From a virus (lineage: Duplodnaviria > Caudoviricetes), in IMG/VR virus record IMGVR_UViG_3300013830_000007, positions 24,323 to 88,322 of that record: a stretch of DNA of 64,000 nt. The stretch is one strand, 5' to 3'. A model generated the notes under the pieces. That model saw only the letters and a program-made list of their open reading frames with translations, searched no databases and was not told the origin of the DNA. Shown here in pieces: positions 9,535 to 19,655 of the stretch. Positions within the stretch are counted from its first letter, which is position 1; each line of letters opens with the position of its first letter. A program made the translations under genes and the position numbers.

Positions 9535-10068
9535 TTATGCATTAGGAAGAACAGTCTTCAATATCTCAGTATTACCTACGTGACGATCGTCAGGCAGAAA
9601 CACATTCAGCATTCGTTTAAACAATGACGTTTTATTAGATATCTTAAAGATAAACCTGGTTAAATCCGCTGAGATAACTACCTTAGATTTCTCATAGATG
9701 TATACGCCATGATTATACTCAATCTGCACCTTGGCATACGAACATGGCGTTTTAACAAATTTATCTTTCTCAAACATCTTACGCAGGATTTTCAACGAAT
9801 TAGCTTCGTTAACACCCTGCTTGGTTACACTATTATCAATCCTGAACTTCTCTTCTAAATCAGTTGAGATTTTAGTCAAGAAATTCTTATTCTGTGCATC
9901 ATACGTAACGATTAATGAATAGTCGTCAATTGAATTACCTACCAAATCCAGTAACAGAAAAGGAAGTTTCCTACAGAGACTTCCAATACTTGCTGTCCCA
10001 TTATCAAAGTACTTCTTCATTACTTCGATATCTCTCTTGGTTGCGGTTGCTGCGTTTGTAATGTTCAT
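9535..10068 (-). CDS. Hypothetical protein
   Basis: 177-aa ORF with GGAG RBS, downstream of gyrA. Confidence 0.7.
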   Translation of the reverse strand: MNITNAATATKRDIEVMKKYFDNGTASIGSLCRKLPFLLLDLVGNSIDDYSLIVTYDAQNKNFLTKISTDLEEKFRIDNSVTKQGVNEANSLKILRKMFEKDKFVKTPCSYAKVQIEYNHGVYIYEKSKVVISADLTRFIFKISNKTSLFKRMLNVFLPDDRHVGNTEILKTVLPNA

Positions 10069-10262
10069 AATTACAGCTCCAATGTAAAATTATCGATGCC
10101 CTGCGATTAGAGTACCATACCTCCAATACAGAAAAGGAAGTTTCCTACAGAGACTTCCAATACTTGCTGTCCCATTATCAAAGTACTTCTTCATTACTTC
10201 GATATCTCTCTTGGTTGCGGTTGTTGTGTTTGTAATGTTCATAATTACAGCTCCAATGTAAA
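9954..10262. repeat. 135-bp direct repeat (9954-10088 / 10128-10262) around a 40-bp copy of internal gyrA sequence (10089-10128 = 11419-11458)
   Basis: Direct comparison: 2 mismatches in the 135-bp repeat and 1 mismatch in the 40-bp copy. Confidence 0.9.
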
Positions 10263-12530
10263 TAATGTTCTCACCTGATCATGTCTCTTAAGTTTTTTAC
10301 CTAATGCGCTTGCCTTATTTACATCGATCAGATGGTGATCGTCATTATCGTTAAACAGTTTACCTATGTTACATATCTTTAGATGTTGTATACTAATATT
10401 TTTAGTACAATCATCAGGTATATTCAGATAAATGTCTTTCTTATTCATAGGACAAATAGCAAGAACATGCCAGTTATTACCAGGAGTCATAATCAGTTTA
10501 CCTAAGGAATCTTTCTTAAGTATTCTGTCGACTCTGACAATATTAGGTGCGCTTGCAACCATGTGAAATACAATAACATTTTCTACCTTATTAGGCAATG
10601 CATATACTAAATCAGTACGAGCACCTTTCGAAACATTTTTCCTAACTGTAAAATTAGATACTGTTTCTTCTGTTATTGTTCCGTTTCTATGAATTGCATA
10701 AAACGTTCTTGTTATCGGACAAATAACCCAATCTTTAAATATACCTTCGACCGATTTCTCAACTATTGAAGTCGATTTATCTGTCTTATTGATACATAAC
10801 GTAAGTTCCTCTTTCGTATTCGGATAGCACAATACATCCTGACACCATATCTCACGAGATGGGTTGATCATTGGCTCCATACGATTATTCTTAACGATAT
10901 ATCTCCTTGGATACTTCGAATCATAGAAATGTATAAACTTCCTGCAAGACCATTTAGTCTTAAGAAGATTAAGCATATCACGTTCATCGAAGAAATTGAT
11001 TATACCTAAGTTTCCATATTGTACATACCCCTTAAATTCATCAGAATACCTTGTAATTCTGGATGTTTTATACTTTTTCTTGAGATATGAAACATCATCG
11101 ATGATCATATCATCAATCCTATCCAACTGCTTCAGATTGTTAGACTGATTTAACTTATTCTGTTCAAGCTTATTGAGTATTGCGGTTTTATTAGCTCTGG
11201 CTAAAGTAGCTAATGGCTGACCAACAATAATTTCAGCTTGCTTATAAGTTATCTTTTTATCTCTGAAAGCTCTATACAATTTCTCAGTAGCTTCTTCAGT
11301 AGTACTGCTGCTTCTGATAGTTTGAATAACTTTATCTACTTCATCACAGACTAATAGAATAGCTCTTAACTTAAGTTCTTCATGAAGCAATTCAGAACGT
11401 TTGTAGTTAAGATCACCTATTATCGATGCTCTGCGATTAGAGTACCATACCTCCAATAATTTCAACGGATTAACAGTAATAGCTTTACCATCTATCGAAT
11501 AATTATAGATAGGATGGAAACTACTGGAAAAACATAACTCCGTTTTAATTGCCTCCCATGCTTCAAACGGATTTCTACCTGACTTAACTGGAAACAGATA
11601 TTCAGCTTCATCTGCCGATAACTGATTGGCTGTTGCTATATAACTAAGATAATATTTAGCTTTACTTCTATTCTTATCAGAACCAGACTTAGTCGCTAAG
11701 ATATTTCTAAAGTTAGATGTTACCACACCAAAATCAAATTCATACGGTACAGCTTTCAGCGTTATATCGTTTCCCGTAATTTCGACACAACCATCCATCT
11801 CGATAGGAACTGTATAATCCTCATTAGCATAGGCTTCTTCCAATGCTTCACGATTCTTAATCAGATTTCTTACCGGAAAAGACGGTATCATATACTTAAC
11901 GTATTCCTTAGGATGCGGTATGTACAGACGATTGGTTCTACGCATAGTTGCGTAATGAATCACCATATCGCATACATCTTCAAATTGAATCATAGGGACT
12001 TTCGATTTGAATCCGTATCCTATTGTCGTATTGCCTAAAATCAACGCCGTTGGTAATCTGGGAATCAGATGCACTGGCTCTACGGTAAGAAAATCCTTAG
12101 TTGCGGTCATAGGCAATGTACGACTATTCACGCCTTTCAAAAAGACGTCAGTGGCAAAGTCACTGTTTATAGCCTTAAGATAACGTGAACCCGCAGCACT
12201 GCCCGGATCGTAATATTCTCCATTCTTACCATCAATACGTACGAGCGGATTTCCTACTTTAAAATCCTGCGACATACGTATTGTAGCATCTTCAATAGAG
12301 GACTCACCACCAGTATGAGCTTCTCCTACGACTCCTAATAACTTCGTCAGTCCAGCGGGTCTTTCAAGCTTTCTACAGAACCAAACAATTCTCCGTTGTA
12401 TCGCCTTAAGTCCATCAATAATATTGGGGAACTTATCGGCAATCACTGAAGATCCATAAGTAATAGAATCTTCTATAAGTTCCTGAGTACTGTTCTTATT
12501 CTTAGTGGTGATGAGATCCTCTTCCTTCAT
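10245..12530 (-). CDS. gyrA: Type IIA topoisomerase subunit A (GyrA/ParC-like)
   Basis: DGLKAIQRRIVW, HTGGESSIED (HPHGDS-equivalent), catalytic AAGSRY, and a long C-terminal domain. Confidence 0.85.
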   Translation of the reverse strand: MKEEDLITTKNKNSTQELIEDSITYGSSVIADKFPNIIDGLKAIQRRIVWFCRKLERPAGLTKLLGVVGEAHTGGESSIEDATIRMSQDFKVGNPLVRIDGKNGEYYDPGSAAGSRYLKAINSDFATDVFLKGVNSRTLPMTATKDFLTVEPVHLIPRLPTALILGNTTIGYGFKSKVPMIQFEDVCDMVIHYATMRRTNRLYIPHPKEYVKYMIPSFPVRNLIKNREALEEAYANEDYTVPIEMDGCVEITGNDITLKAVPYEFDFGVVTSNFRNILATKSGSDKNRSKAKYYLSYIATANQLSADEAEYLFPVKSGRNPFEAWEAIKTELCFSSSFHPIYNYSIDGKAITVNPLKLLEVWYSNRRASIIGDLNYKRSELLHEELKLRAILLVCDEVDKVIQTIRSSSTTEEATEKLYRAFRDKKITYKQAEIIVGQPLATLARANKTAILNKLEQNKLNQSNNLKQLDRIDDMIIDDVSYLKKKYKTSRITRYSDEFKGYVQYGNLGIINFFDERDMLNLLKTKWSCRKFIHFYDSKYPRRYIVKNNRMEPMINPSREIWCQDVLCYPNTKEELTLCINKTDKSTSIVEKSVEGIFKDWVICPITRTFYAIHRNGTITEETVSNFTVRKNVSKGARTDLVYALPNKVENVIVFHMVASAPNIVRVDRILKKDSLGKLIMTPGNNWHVLAICPMNKKDIYLNIPDDCTKNISIQHLKICNIGKLFNDNDDHHLIDVNKASALGKKLKRHDQVRTLFTLEL

Positions 12531-13051
12531 ACCTTCTCAGCCTCCTTACTGTCTAAGGCAACCCGATTACCCATCGCATCAGTAGTGTTAACTACTATCT
12601 GCTTAGCGGAATCAAGTGTCTTATCAAAATCCTTTGGTATTCGACTGCTCTCGCTTAACGAGATTTCATGCAACTTACCATCCTTATCTTCAACCTTTAA
12701 GATGAGATCAACCAGCTGAAGATTAAGTAATGGAAGAATGTGCTCAGTCAAAAACTTCCAAGAAAGCTTATCCTTATAAAGCCCCTTCCTGGTGTTGCCT
12801 CTGTCACTTCCAGCAACATCCTCACGCATACCCTCTCGATTGGCAAATGCTTTATGCAGCTCAGTGTACTTAGCCTTACCAATACGATTCTTGATGAACA
12901 ACCACCTGATGATTCGGGCTATTGCGTTACAATGAATATCCATCAACTGCTCAGGAGTAAAGATGGCGTCATTGCTATCTACATAATCATCTGGCGGTGT
13001 ATCCACGGTCTTAGCGTGTATGTCCTGAAAGATTTTATCAAAATCTACCAT
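12527..13051 (-). CDS. Hypothetical protein between gyrB and gyrA
   Basis: 174-aa ORF whose stop overlaps the gyrA start; preceded by a promoter motif. Confidence 0.75.
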   Translation of the reverse strand: MVDFDKIFQDIHAKTVDTPPDDYVDSNDAIFTPEQLMDIHCNAIARIIRWLFIKNRIGKAKYTELHKAFANREGMREDVAGSDRGNTRKGLYKDKLSWKFLTEHILPLLNLQLVDLILKVEDKDGKLHEISLSESSRIPKDFDKTLDSAKQIVVNTTDAMGNRVALDSKEAEKV

Positions 13052-13138
13052 ACTAATTCCCTAACCTGATTAAAAAAATTCTGACTGGCATTCGCAACGT
13101 CATGCTAAACGTTACCAATCAGAATCCCTTGCACTTCA

Positions 13139-13165
13139 GTGATATATATCTTGAGATATATTGAA
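13139..13165 (-). promoter_or_regulatory. Early-type phage promoter motif (variant)
   Basis: Minus strand TTCAAT-N11-TATATATCAC, immediately after the gyrB stop. Confidence 0.55.
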
Positions 13166-13166
13166 T

Positions 13167-15704
13167 TTAGTACTGCTCACCTCTCAACTCAATAAGTTTC
13201 ATTGCATTAGTTAACGCGCCATTGTGAGTCAGTAAGACTTTCTTGGTTGAAGAATCGTCTTTACTGATTAACTTATAGTTATACTCAATATCACCTACAT
13301 GAGTAATATGCGTTAACGACCTTGTTTTAGGATCCATAATAGTCTCAAGGCAATGCTCAGTCTCCATTTCACCCAATCCTTTATAACGATGAACATGCAT
13401 AATATTTCTCAGACTTACCATGCACATATACAGCTGCATAGGCGACATTCTGGTAAAATTATGCAACTCAGTATTGGAATACTTGGATCTTACCATGAAA
13501 TTCAAATCGTTATACCTAAACTTTTTAAGGTCTGGCATAATCTCGTTAATAATGGTTCTGCCTACATCATTAAGACCTATTGCGTAATCTTCATGTCCGA
13601 TAGAGATTATCATTGACTGACTTTCTCTATTACATCTGACAACTGCTGAAGAATTCGCAAAATACTTATCAATCGCACCATAATCAATCACTGGATATAG
13701 ATAATCAACTATGTACGCTAATTGCTCAAGTATAAGCAAAGGTACAGATAACTGATCAGCTAAAATTGAGAACCTATCTCCCAGCATCTCTACGACATAG
13801 CAAAGTTCTCTATACAAATCTTCATCCGGTACTATCTCCTTCATTCCGTGCACTACATTGTATACAAGCTTAATGTCAAGTACAGGTCTATAAATAAACT
13901 TGATCTTGGCATCCATCAACGCACTCTTGTCTCTTACATAGAAATAAGAATTATCGCTAATCTGAATTGAATATAGCGGTGGATTAGCTATCCAAACCAT
14001 CCCAGATGAGATAATTTTCGGATTGATAATATACAGATTATTCAGATGAAGTTCTCTGATATGATAACCATCTGAGTCAGCATCTGTCGCTATAATTATC
14101 TTACCAAAACGTCTCTTAGTGAAATCAGATGTATTAGGCGTTATACCAAGAATCTTCATGATATCCTGATATATCGGATCTTTCATCAATCTATTTCTGT
14201 TTTCGACTATCTGATTAAGTCTGGTAGCTGCATTATACGGTTTGCCTCTGGTACAATACACCGCCTGATAACGATTGTCTCTGGTTGAATTGATGTTACC
14301 GGCTGAATTTCCTTCAACTATGAACAGTTCAGTTTCATTTCCATAATTCGCTATAGCGTAATCATTATCTATCGCCTTACATTCAGAAAAATTCTTAGGG
14401 AAATTAAGATCCATGAAAATCTTAATAACGTCCTGTTTCTTTGTTGGAACATCGTAGTAAGTAGCATACCTATATTGAATATCAGGCATAACTGCTGACA
14501 GCAATTTACTCCAGAAATCATCAGACTGCTTTAAGAATTCATTCTTTAACTCTTCATAAAACTGTACTCCAAAATTAGCATCCTTAAACGAGAATTTAGT
14601 TGTACCAGATAACTCAGCTCCCTGATACATAACACCTATAGCTAACGATAACGTAGAAAAATTATACTCAGAGCTTACAAACTGTTTATATTTTTCATCA
14701 GTTAGCTTAGATGATATTAATTCTCTAAGTACCTGCATAGCTGTTATGGTCGCAGTGTTACCAGTTTTATCAGGTAACACCACATTATTCACAGATACAA
14801 AGTACTGAGGATTGCCATTATTACTCCTCTTGGTAAAGAATAACCTTATACTGAATCTAAGTTTATCCTCTTTACTTACTGGCATCTTATCACAAGAATA
14901 ACCAAACAGAATAGCTGAACGGGTCTTCCAGATTTCAAACAAATATTCAGCTTTATTCGAAACTGAAGACGAAAGATATTCCGATTTAGCTTCTGGTGAA
15001 TTGATGAATTCAACTAATGAATAATTAACATCAGCTGTACTTTCTGTCCAGATACGATCAGGCAATAATTGGTCTATTACGTATATGCTAAAATTAATAT
15101 TTGTATTAAAAATATTCAATTGTTTGCATAACGATACTAAATCAAGATAACCTGATGATGCAAAATCTTTGGCTTCATAAAAGAACTGATCAATATCCGG
15201 TTCAAATATGATCAAAACGCCATCTGGAGTTGCAGCTGTATCTTTAGTCAAACTTACTACTTTGCCATCATTCAGATACAACGTATAAGTAGCAGATTCG
15301 AGATAACTTTTAGATGATGCTCTGAACTTAGTTGAAAGCGCTGCACCTGCTTTTGCGCCTTGTCCGAACTGACCTCCTGCTGAGTAATATGCTGAATCAC
15401 TCGCAATCTTACCTGAAGTCTTAAGTTTGGTATAAGCTGGTTCAAGAGAATCAGAAGGAATACCTCTTCCGTTATCTCTGATAACTATCTGAAATCTGCC
15501 AGAAGACAATTCTCTGAAGATGCCAATGAAGATATCACCGCCATCGGGTCTGAGAATAAGTTCATCCATAGAGTTGGAAATATATTCCCAAATCATATGA
15601 ATCACACCAGCTGAATCTTTGGATGGAATCAGACTATTAGGACGCTGTCTGATATAATCCATATCTTCATAATGGTGTATAGTTTTTGCAGTATACTCTG
15701 CCAT
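13167..15704 (-). CDS. gyrB: Type IIA topoisomerase subunit B (long-form GyrB-like)
   Basis: GHKL motifs EYISNSMDE, DNGRGIP and GGQFGQG; TOPRIM motifs EGNSA and TDADSDG; C-terminal RYKGLGEM. Confidence 0.9.
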   Translation of the reverse strand: MAEYTAKTIHHYEDMDYIRQRPNSLIPSKDSAGVIHMIWEYISNSMDELILRPDGGDIFIGIFRELSSGRFQIVIRDNGRGIPSDSLEPAYTKLKTSGKIASDSAYYSAGGQFGQGAKAGAALSTKFRASSKSYLESATYTLYLNDGKVVSLTKDTAATPDGVLIIFEPDIDQFFYEAKDFASSGYLDLVSLCKQLNIFNTNINFSIYVIDQLLPDRIWTESTADVNYSLVEFINSPEAKSEYLSSSVSNKAEYLFEIWKTRSAILFGYSCDKMPVSKEDKLRFSIRLFFTKRSNNGNPQYFVSVNNVVLPDKTGNTATITAMQVLRELISSKLTDEKYKQFVSSEYNFSTLSLAIGVMYQGAELSGTTKFSFKDANFGVQFYEELKNEFLKQSDDFWSKLLSAVMPDIQYRYATYYDVPTKKQDVIKIFMDLNFPKNFSECKAIDNDYAIANYGNETELFIVEGNSAGNINSTRDNRYQAVYCTRGKPYNAATRLNQIVENRNRLMKDPIYQDIMKILGITPNTSDFTKRRFGKIIIATDADSDGYHIRELHLNNLYIINPKIISSGMVWIANPPLYSIQISDNSYFYVRDKSALMDAKIKFIYRPVLDIKLVYNVVHGMKEIVPDEDLYRELCYVVEMLGDRFSILADQLSVPLLILEQLAYIVDYLYPVIDYGAIDKYFANSSAVVRCNRESQSMIISIGHEDYAIGLNDVGRTIINEIMPDLKKFRYNDLNFMVRSKYSNTELHNFTRMSPMQLYMCMVSLRNIMHVHRYKGLGEMETEHCLETIMDPKTRSLTHITHVGDIEYNYKLISKDDSSTKKVLLTHNGALTNAMKLIELRGEQY

Positions 15705-15794
15705 TCTAACACTCCATTTGCAAATTAATGCATATTATTATATAAGTACATTTTTATACAAAAATTACCCAGTACTATAGTACAGACTATTTTA

Positions 15795-15821
15795 ATAATA
15801 TATATTCATTAAACATCTGAA
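15795..15821 (-). promoter_or_regulatory. Early-type phage promoter motif upstream of gyrB
   Basis: Minus strand TTCAGA-N11-TATATATTAT. Confidence 0.6.
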
Positions 15822-15869
15822 CTAAATCATATCTGATCATGCAATAGTAACTCAAACGGGAGAATCATT

Positions 15870-16442
15870 ATGTCTAATGAAAATGATCCTTTCAAAGAAT
15901 TTGATACAGCAGAACAAAACAAACCTGCTGATAACGTTTTAGAAGATTACATTGCTCCATATAAGCAAAATGACGATATCAATTCACTTGATAGTTCAAT
16001 GCGAAAATATGATAGCAATACTATAAGTACACAAATCCTTAGACAGAAATTACTTCAGAAAATACTTCCTAATGTAATGAATCTGAATCTGGATGAAAGT
16101 GCTGAAACTGACCCTGACATGTATGTAGCTAAATCCAAATTGATTGCTGAAACCCGAGCTTTACTCAACGACATGGATTCAGTAAGTAATAAGCATGTTA
16201 GTGTTAAACTTAAACAAAAAGATAGCGAGACTCAGGCAAGTATGGCATTTAACGCAGCTGATTTACTTAATAAGATTAAACTTTCTGCTTTTGAAGAGAA
16301 AGGCACTATCGTTCTCAATCGTGACGAAATTGAGAAAGAGTTGCAGAACAAGTTCGATGAATCGGGTTCTGTAATTCTTGATTCCGAACTAGAAGATGGT
16401 AAGAACATGCTTCCTACCAATGAGGATAAAAAAGAAGAATAA
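15870..16442 (+). CDS. Hypothetical protein
   Basis: 190-aa acidic helical ORF with GGGAG RBS. Confidence 0.75.
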   Translation: MSNENDPFKEFDTAEQNKPADNVLEDYIAPYKQNDDINSLDSSMRKYDSNTISTQILRQKLLQKILPNVMNLNLDESAETDPDMYVAKSKLIAETRALLNDMDSVSNKHVSVKLKQKDSETQASMAFNAADLLNKIKLSAFEEKGTIVLNRDEIEKELQNKFDESGSVILDSELEDGKNMLPTNEDKKEE

Positions 16443-16447
16443 CATCA

Positions 16448-16477
16448 GTCTTCTCCGTATCTTACTACGGAGAAGAC
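16448..16477. terminator. Bidirectional terminator between convergent genes
   Basis: 12-bp stem gtcttctccgta/tacggagaagac. Confidence 0.7.
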
Positions 16478-16487
16478 CTTTAATATT

Positions 16488-17084
16488 TTAACGGCTTAAT
16501 TGAATAGCTACCCAATTAGCGATTTCATCTGAATTAAAAATTGTACGAATCATATTGATTGATGTATTCTTTCTGGTTGCAGTTCTTCTTGCTAACCCAA
16601 TCATAACCGAATAAAAGATACGAATACGATAATGCTGAGTAAGATCTACTGTAGTGATACCTTGAAGTGCATTCTGCTCCTGAATGAAATCTTCATTCTT
16701 ATACTTTCTAAAGAATGCTAATACTTCGTCTAACACGGATTTCTTAGGAGTCTTAGAAACGATATCAATCATTTTAACTAATGCTGTAACCTTAACAGAT
16801 GAGCCATTAGGTGCTGTTCTAAAATTCTCTAAGCACACCTGAAGATTATCTTTGACTTTCTTACCCTTAGTAGATGTAGTCTTGACTCCAACAATAACTT
16901 TAGGAGCATTAGTAAGTGCAACAGTCTGCTCAGTCTTAGCCTTCTGTACCTCTACCTCATCTGGTGTTGCTGCATCGACTACAATATCCTTAGTCCTTAA
17001 TGCCTCTTCAGCTTCCTGTACAGTCTTAATCTTAGCTGTTAACATCTCAGCGATATCGCCTGAATTGAGATCAGTATCAGTCAT
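16488..17084 (-). CDS. Hypothetical protein, possibly virion-associated
   Basis: 198-aa ORF downstream of the vRNAP beta-prime gene. Confidence 0.7.
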   Translation of the reverse strand: MTDTDLNSGDIAEMLTAKIKTVQEAEEALRTKDIVVDAATPDEVEVQKAKTEQTVALTNAPKVIVGVKTTSTKGKKVKDNLQVCLENFRTAPNGSSVKVTALVKMIDIVSKTPKKSVLDEVLAFFRKYKNEDFIQEQNALQGITTVDLTQHYRIRIFYSVMIGLARRTATRKNTSINMIRTIFNSDEIANWVAIQLSR

Positions 17085-17154
17085 TTGTTATTTTCCTATA
17101 TTTAAACGTTTAAATTTTTGAGAATCGATCGGTTTTCTCATAATATTCTCAAGA

Positions 17155-18585
17155 CTACTTTTCAACTACATACTGATTAAGATCAGTAAGTTCTTTGGTA
17201 CTAACCTGAGAAGTATGCATCGTTTTCATCGCATCAGTGGTGAATGCTGAAGTTATAGTAAGAGTCTGCATACCTATTGCTGCCTGTTTGGTTTCTTCAA
17301 AGATCTTACCACAACACTTATAGCAATAACCACCTTTGGTTTTACAGGTCATCGGACTTCTTATTCTCACCGTTTTACCTATAAGCGAATCAGCATTAGA
17401 TTCATCGATAATTTCGCCAGATACCAGATATCTCGACATTAATGTTTTGATATTGTTTTTAGTGATTTTAATAGTCATACCTCTAGTGTCATGACAGTCA
17501 TCTTCTATAATTTTAACTTCCTGGAAAATACGAAGAATGAATTTAGACTCAGAACCACCTTTAGCCGTTTCAAGGCTACGGCCATATGTACCACGTCTGG
17601 CACTGTTACAGCAATTGGCAAAATTAAGTTGATTCCAACCGTCCTCAAGACTCTCTTTAGTAAAAGTAAATCCGCTCTTTTCCACATCGCCGAATGCTCT
17701 GGTCATACCATACAAGCAGAAAAACTTTTTACGAGCCTCTTTTGTTTTCTTACCAGCACCTAAGAAAAATGGTTCAGATTCATCTCCTTTAATATAAGCA
17801 TTCTCCATATCCGCTAATTCTTTCTCAATAGCAGTAAGTACAGTAGGATCGTCCATACGATCTTTATACTTCTCGTATAACTCTTTACGTTTAGCAGTAA
17901 GTTTAGGATCATATCCTACTGTTTTTTCTGAAAGAGCTGCGGCAAACATAGTTCCATCTTCGCCAAACCAGAAAGCATTATTGATATATCTGTTAAATTC
18001 TTTTCTTCCTATTTTATCTTCTGATATAAGTTCGGCTACTTTCTTATCAGTAACATCAGTTTTAATCGTATCATTGATATAAGGAATCTTATCTCCAAAT
18101 GGCTCGGCTAATACAATATAATTAACCAGGAATTTACCCACGTCAGTTCTTACTGGTTTGGTGCTGGTATAATTGGCTATCATACCGTCTTCAAGCATAA
18201 ATTCATCAGCTACCCAATACGGAGGATTAAGTGCATTATCAGATAAAAGCATTAACAAGAAATAATCATCCTGCTTCATTACGCCATAGACATATTCATT
18301 TTCTTTTGGATCGGAAAGACCCAATTGTTCTTCTGTTGGATCTTTATGAAATACGTGAACGGTTGATAATCTCTCTAAAACCATAGATTCGGTTTCATCT
18401 GCTTTCATGCCTATAAAAGGCTGACCTTTCAATTTATCCGGAATACCTATTAATGTAGGTCTCTGACATGCAGTAAACCACTGAACAAGAACATTTTTAT
18501 CCAATACAGTAGAAATATTCTCTACAAAGAAATAAAACTTGGGTTTAGTAATATCTTCATTTGTGGCTTCTGAAAATTCTATCAT
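17155..18585 (-). CDS. Virion RNA polymerase beta-prime subunit, C-terminal part (phiKZ gp80-like)
   Basis: Bridge-helix-like RRGTYGRSLETAKGG, EDDC, zinc site IRSPMTCKTKGGYCYKCCG, and trigger-loop-like AMKTMH. Confidence 0.85.
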   Translation of the reverse strand: MIEFSEATNEDITKPKFYFFVENISTVLDKNVLVQWFTACQRPTLIGIPDKLKGQPFIGMKADETESMVLERLSTVHVFHKDPTEEQLGLSDPKENEYVYGVMKQDDYFLLMLLSDNALNPPYWVADEFMLEDGMIANYTSTKPVRTDVGKFLVNYIVLAEPFGDKIPYINDTIKTDVTDKKVAELISEDKIGRKEFNRYINNAFWFGEDGTMFAAALSEKTVGYDPKLTAKRKELYEKYKDRMDDPTVLTAIEKELADMENAYIKGDESEPFFLGAGKKTKEARKKFFCLYGMTRAFGDVEKSGFTFTKESLEDGWNQLNFANCCNSARRGTYGRSLETAKGGSESKFILRIFQEVKIIEDDCHDTRGMTIKITKNNIKTLMSRYLVSGEIIDESNADSLIGKTVRIRSPMTCKTKGGYCYKCCGKIFEETKQAAIGMQTLTITSAFTTDAMKTMHTSQVSTKELTDLNQYVVEK

Positions 18586-19565
18586 TTAGTCTGCTCCATA
18601 ACTGGTAAAACAGCTTTCTTCATTTGTTCAATAAGATCTATCTGAGACTGATTGAAAATGCTTCTTCCTTTTTCAATCATATTCTCAACTTCTTCATCAA
18701 ACTCTTTGGGAGTTGTACCTATCTCAACGTGATGAGCTACTAATAATACTAAATTCTCAACTGTTGGAGTGGGTTTAGGATTTTTCTTTGGATCTATCCA
18801 ATATTCAATATGATGAAGTGATCTTTCATGATGAATCTGCATTTGCTGTTTAGCATAGTTGTATAATCCAGGAGGAATCTGATCAGTATCTATTACTGAA
18901 TATATACCAATAGTACTCGGAGAAATTTTATCCATGTCGTAATCTCTGAGTAGCTTATTGATAACCGACATATCAACATCAAGATGAAGAGTGTTGATAA
19001 TGACATAAGAATATTTATTAGCTAATTCTCTTAATTTTTTGGTTTTAGCTAAATAAGCACTGGCTTTCTCAGGGTCATAAGTATAGTTATCCTGTTTCAA
19101 TTCTCTGAAAGCTCTTATTTCTTCTTTTATATAATCTTTGAATTTATCATCAGTATATAAAGAGTCAATAATATAAATTATCTCTTTATGTTCGTACTTG
19201 TCTGAATTAATAATCTCATAAATCGTTTTGAAGAAATTGATATCAGGTTCCACATCATTCAAACATGTTTCAATACGATCGCAAATGTCTTCAGTTAAAA
19301 GAAGTTTGAGATCATCCATGTACTTACGGACCAAATACAAATAACCGCATAAAAATAAATCTCCCTGATATTGAAGATCTGTGGTTATTCCCATATCTTC
19401 CAGTTCGCCTACTATAACGTCATAGCAATTAACCAATAAACTTTTAGGTGTATAATCATCTGGTCCAAAATCAGCTATATATGCTTCTGAATCTATATAG
19501 TTGGCTACATCTTCAGAGATATCTTTTAACTTCTGAAAATGTTCAGGCAAAGTTAAGATATACAT
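18582..19565 (-). CDS. Hypothetical protein coupled to the vRNAP gene
   Basis: 327-aa ORF overlapping the next start codon. Confidence 0.75.
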   Translation of the reverse strand: MYILTLPEHFQKLKDISEDVANYIDSEAYIADFGPDDYTPKSLLVNCYDVIVGELEDMGITTDLQYQGDLFLCGYLYLVRKYMDDLKLLLTEDICDRIETCLNDVEPDINFFKTIYEIINSDKYEHKEIIYIIDSLYTDDKFKDYIKEEIRAFRELKQDNYTYDPEKASAYLAKTKKLRELANKYSYVIINTLHLDVDMSVINKLLRDYDMDKISPSTIGIYSVIDTDQIPPGLYNYAKQQMQIHHERSLHHIEYWIDPKKNPKPTPTVENLVLLVAHHVEIGTTPKEFDEEVENMIEKGRSIFNQSQIDLIEQMKKAVLPVMEQTK

Positions 19566-19655
19566 AAGCTTTCCTTATAATCTTTGGTTTAACTATACCA
19601 TGAGAATTGAGCATGTGATGAATCAATTGCCTTAAAACCTAAGAGGATAAAAAAT

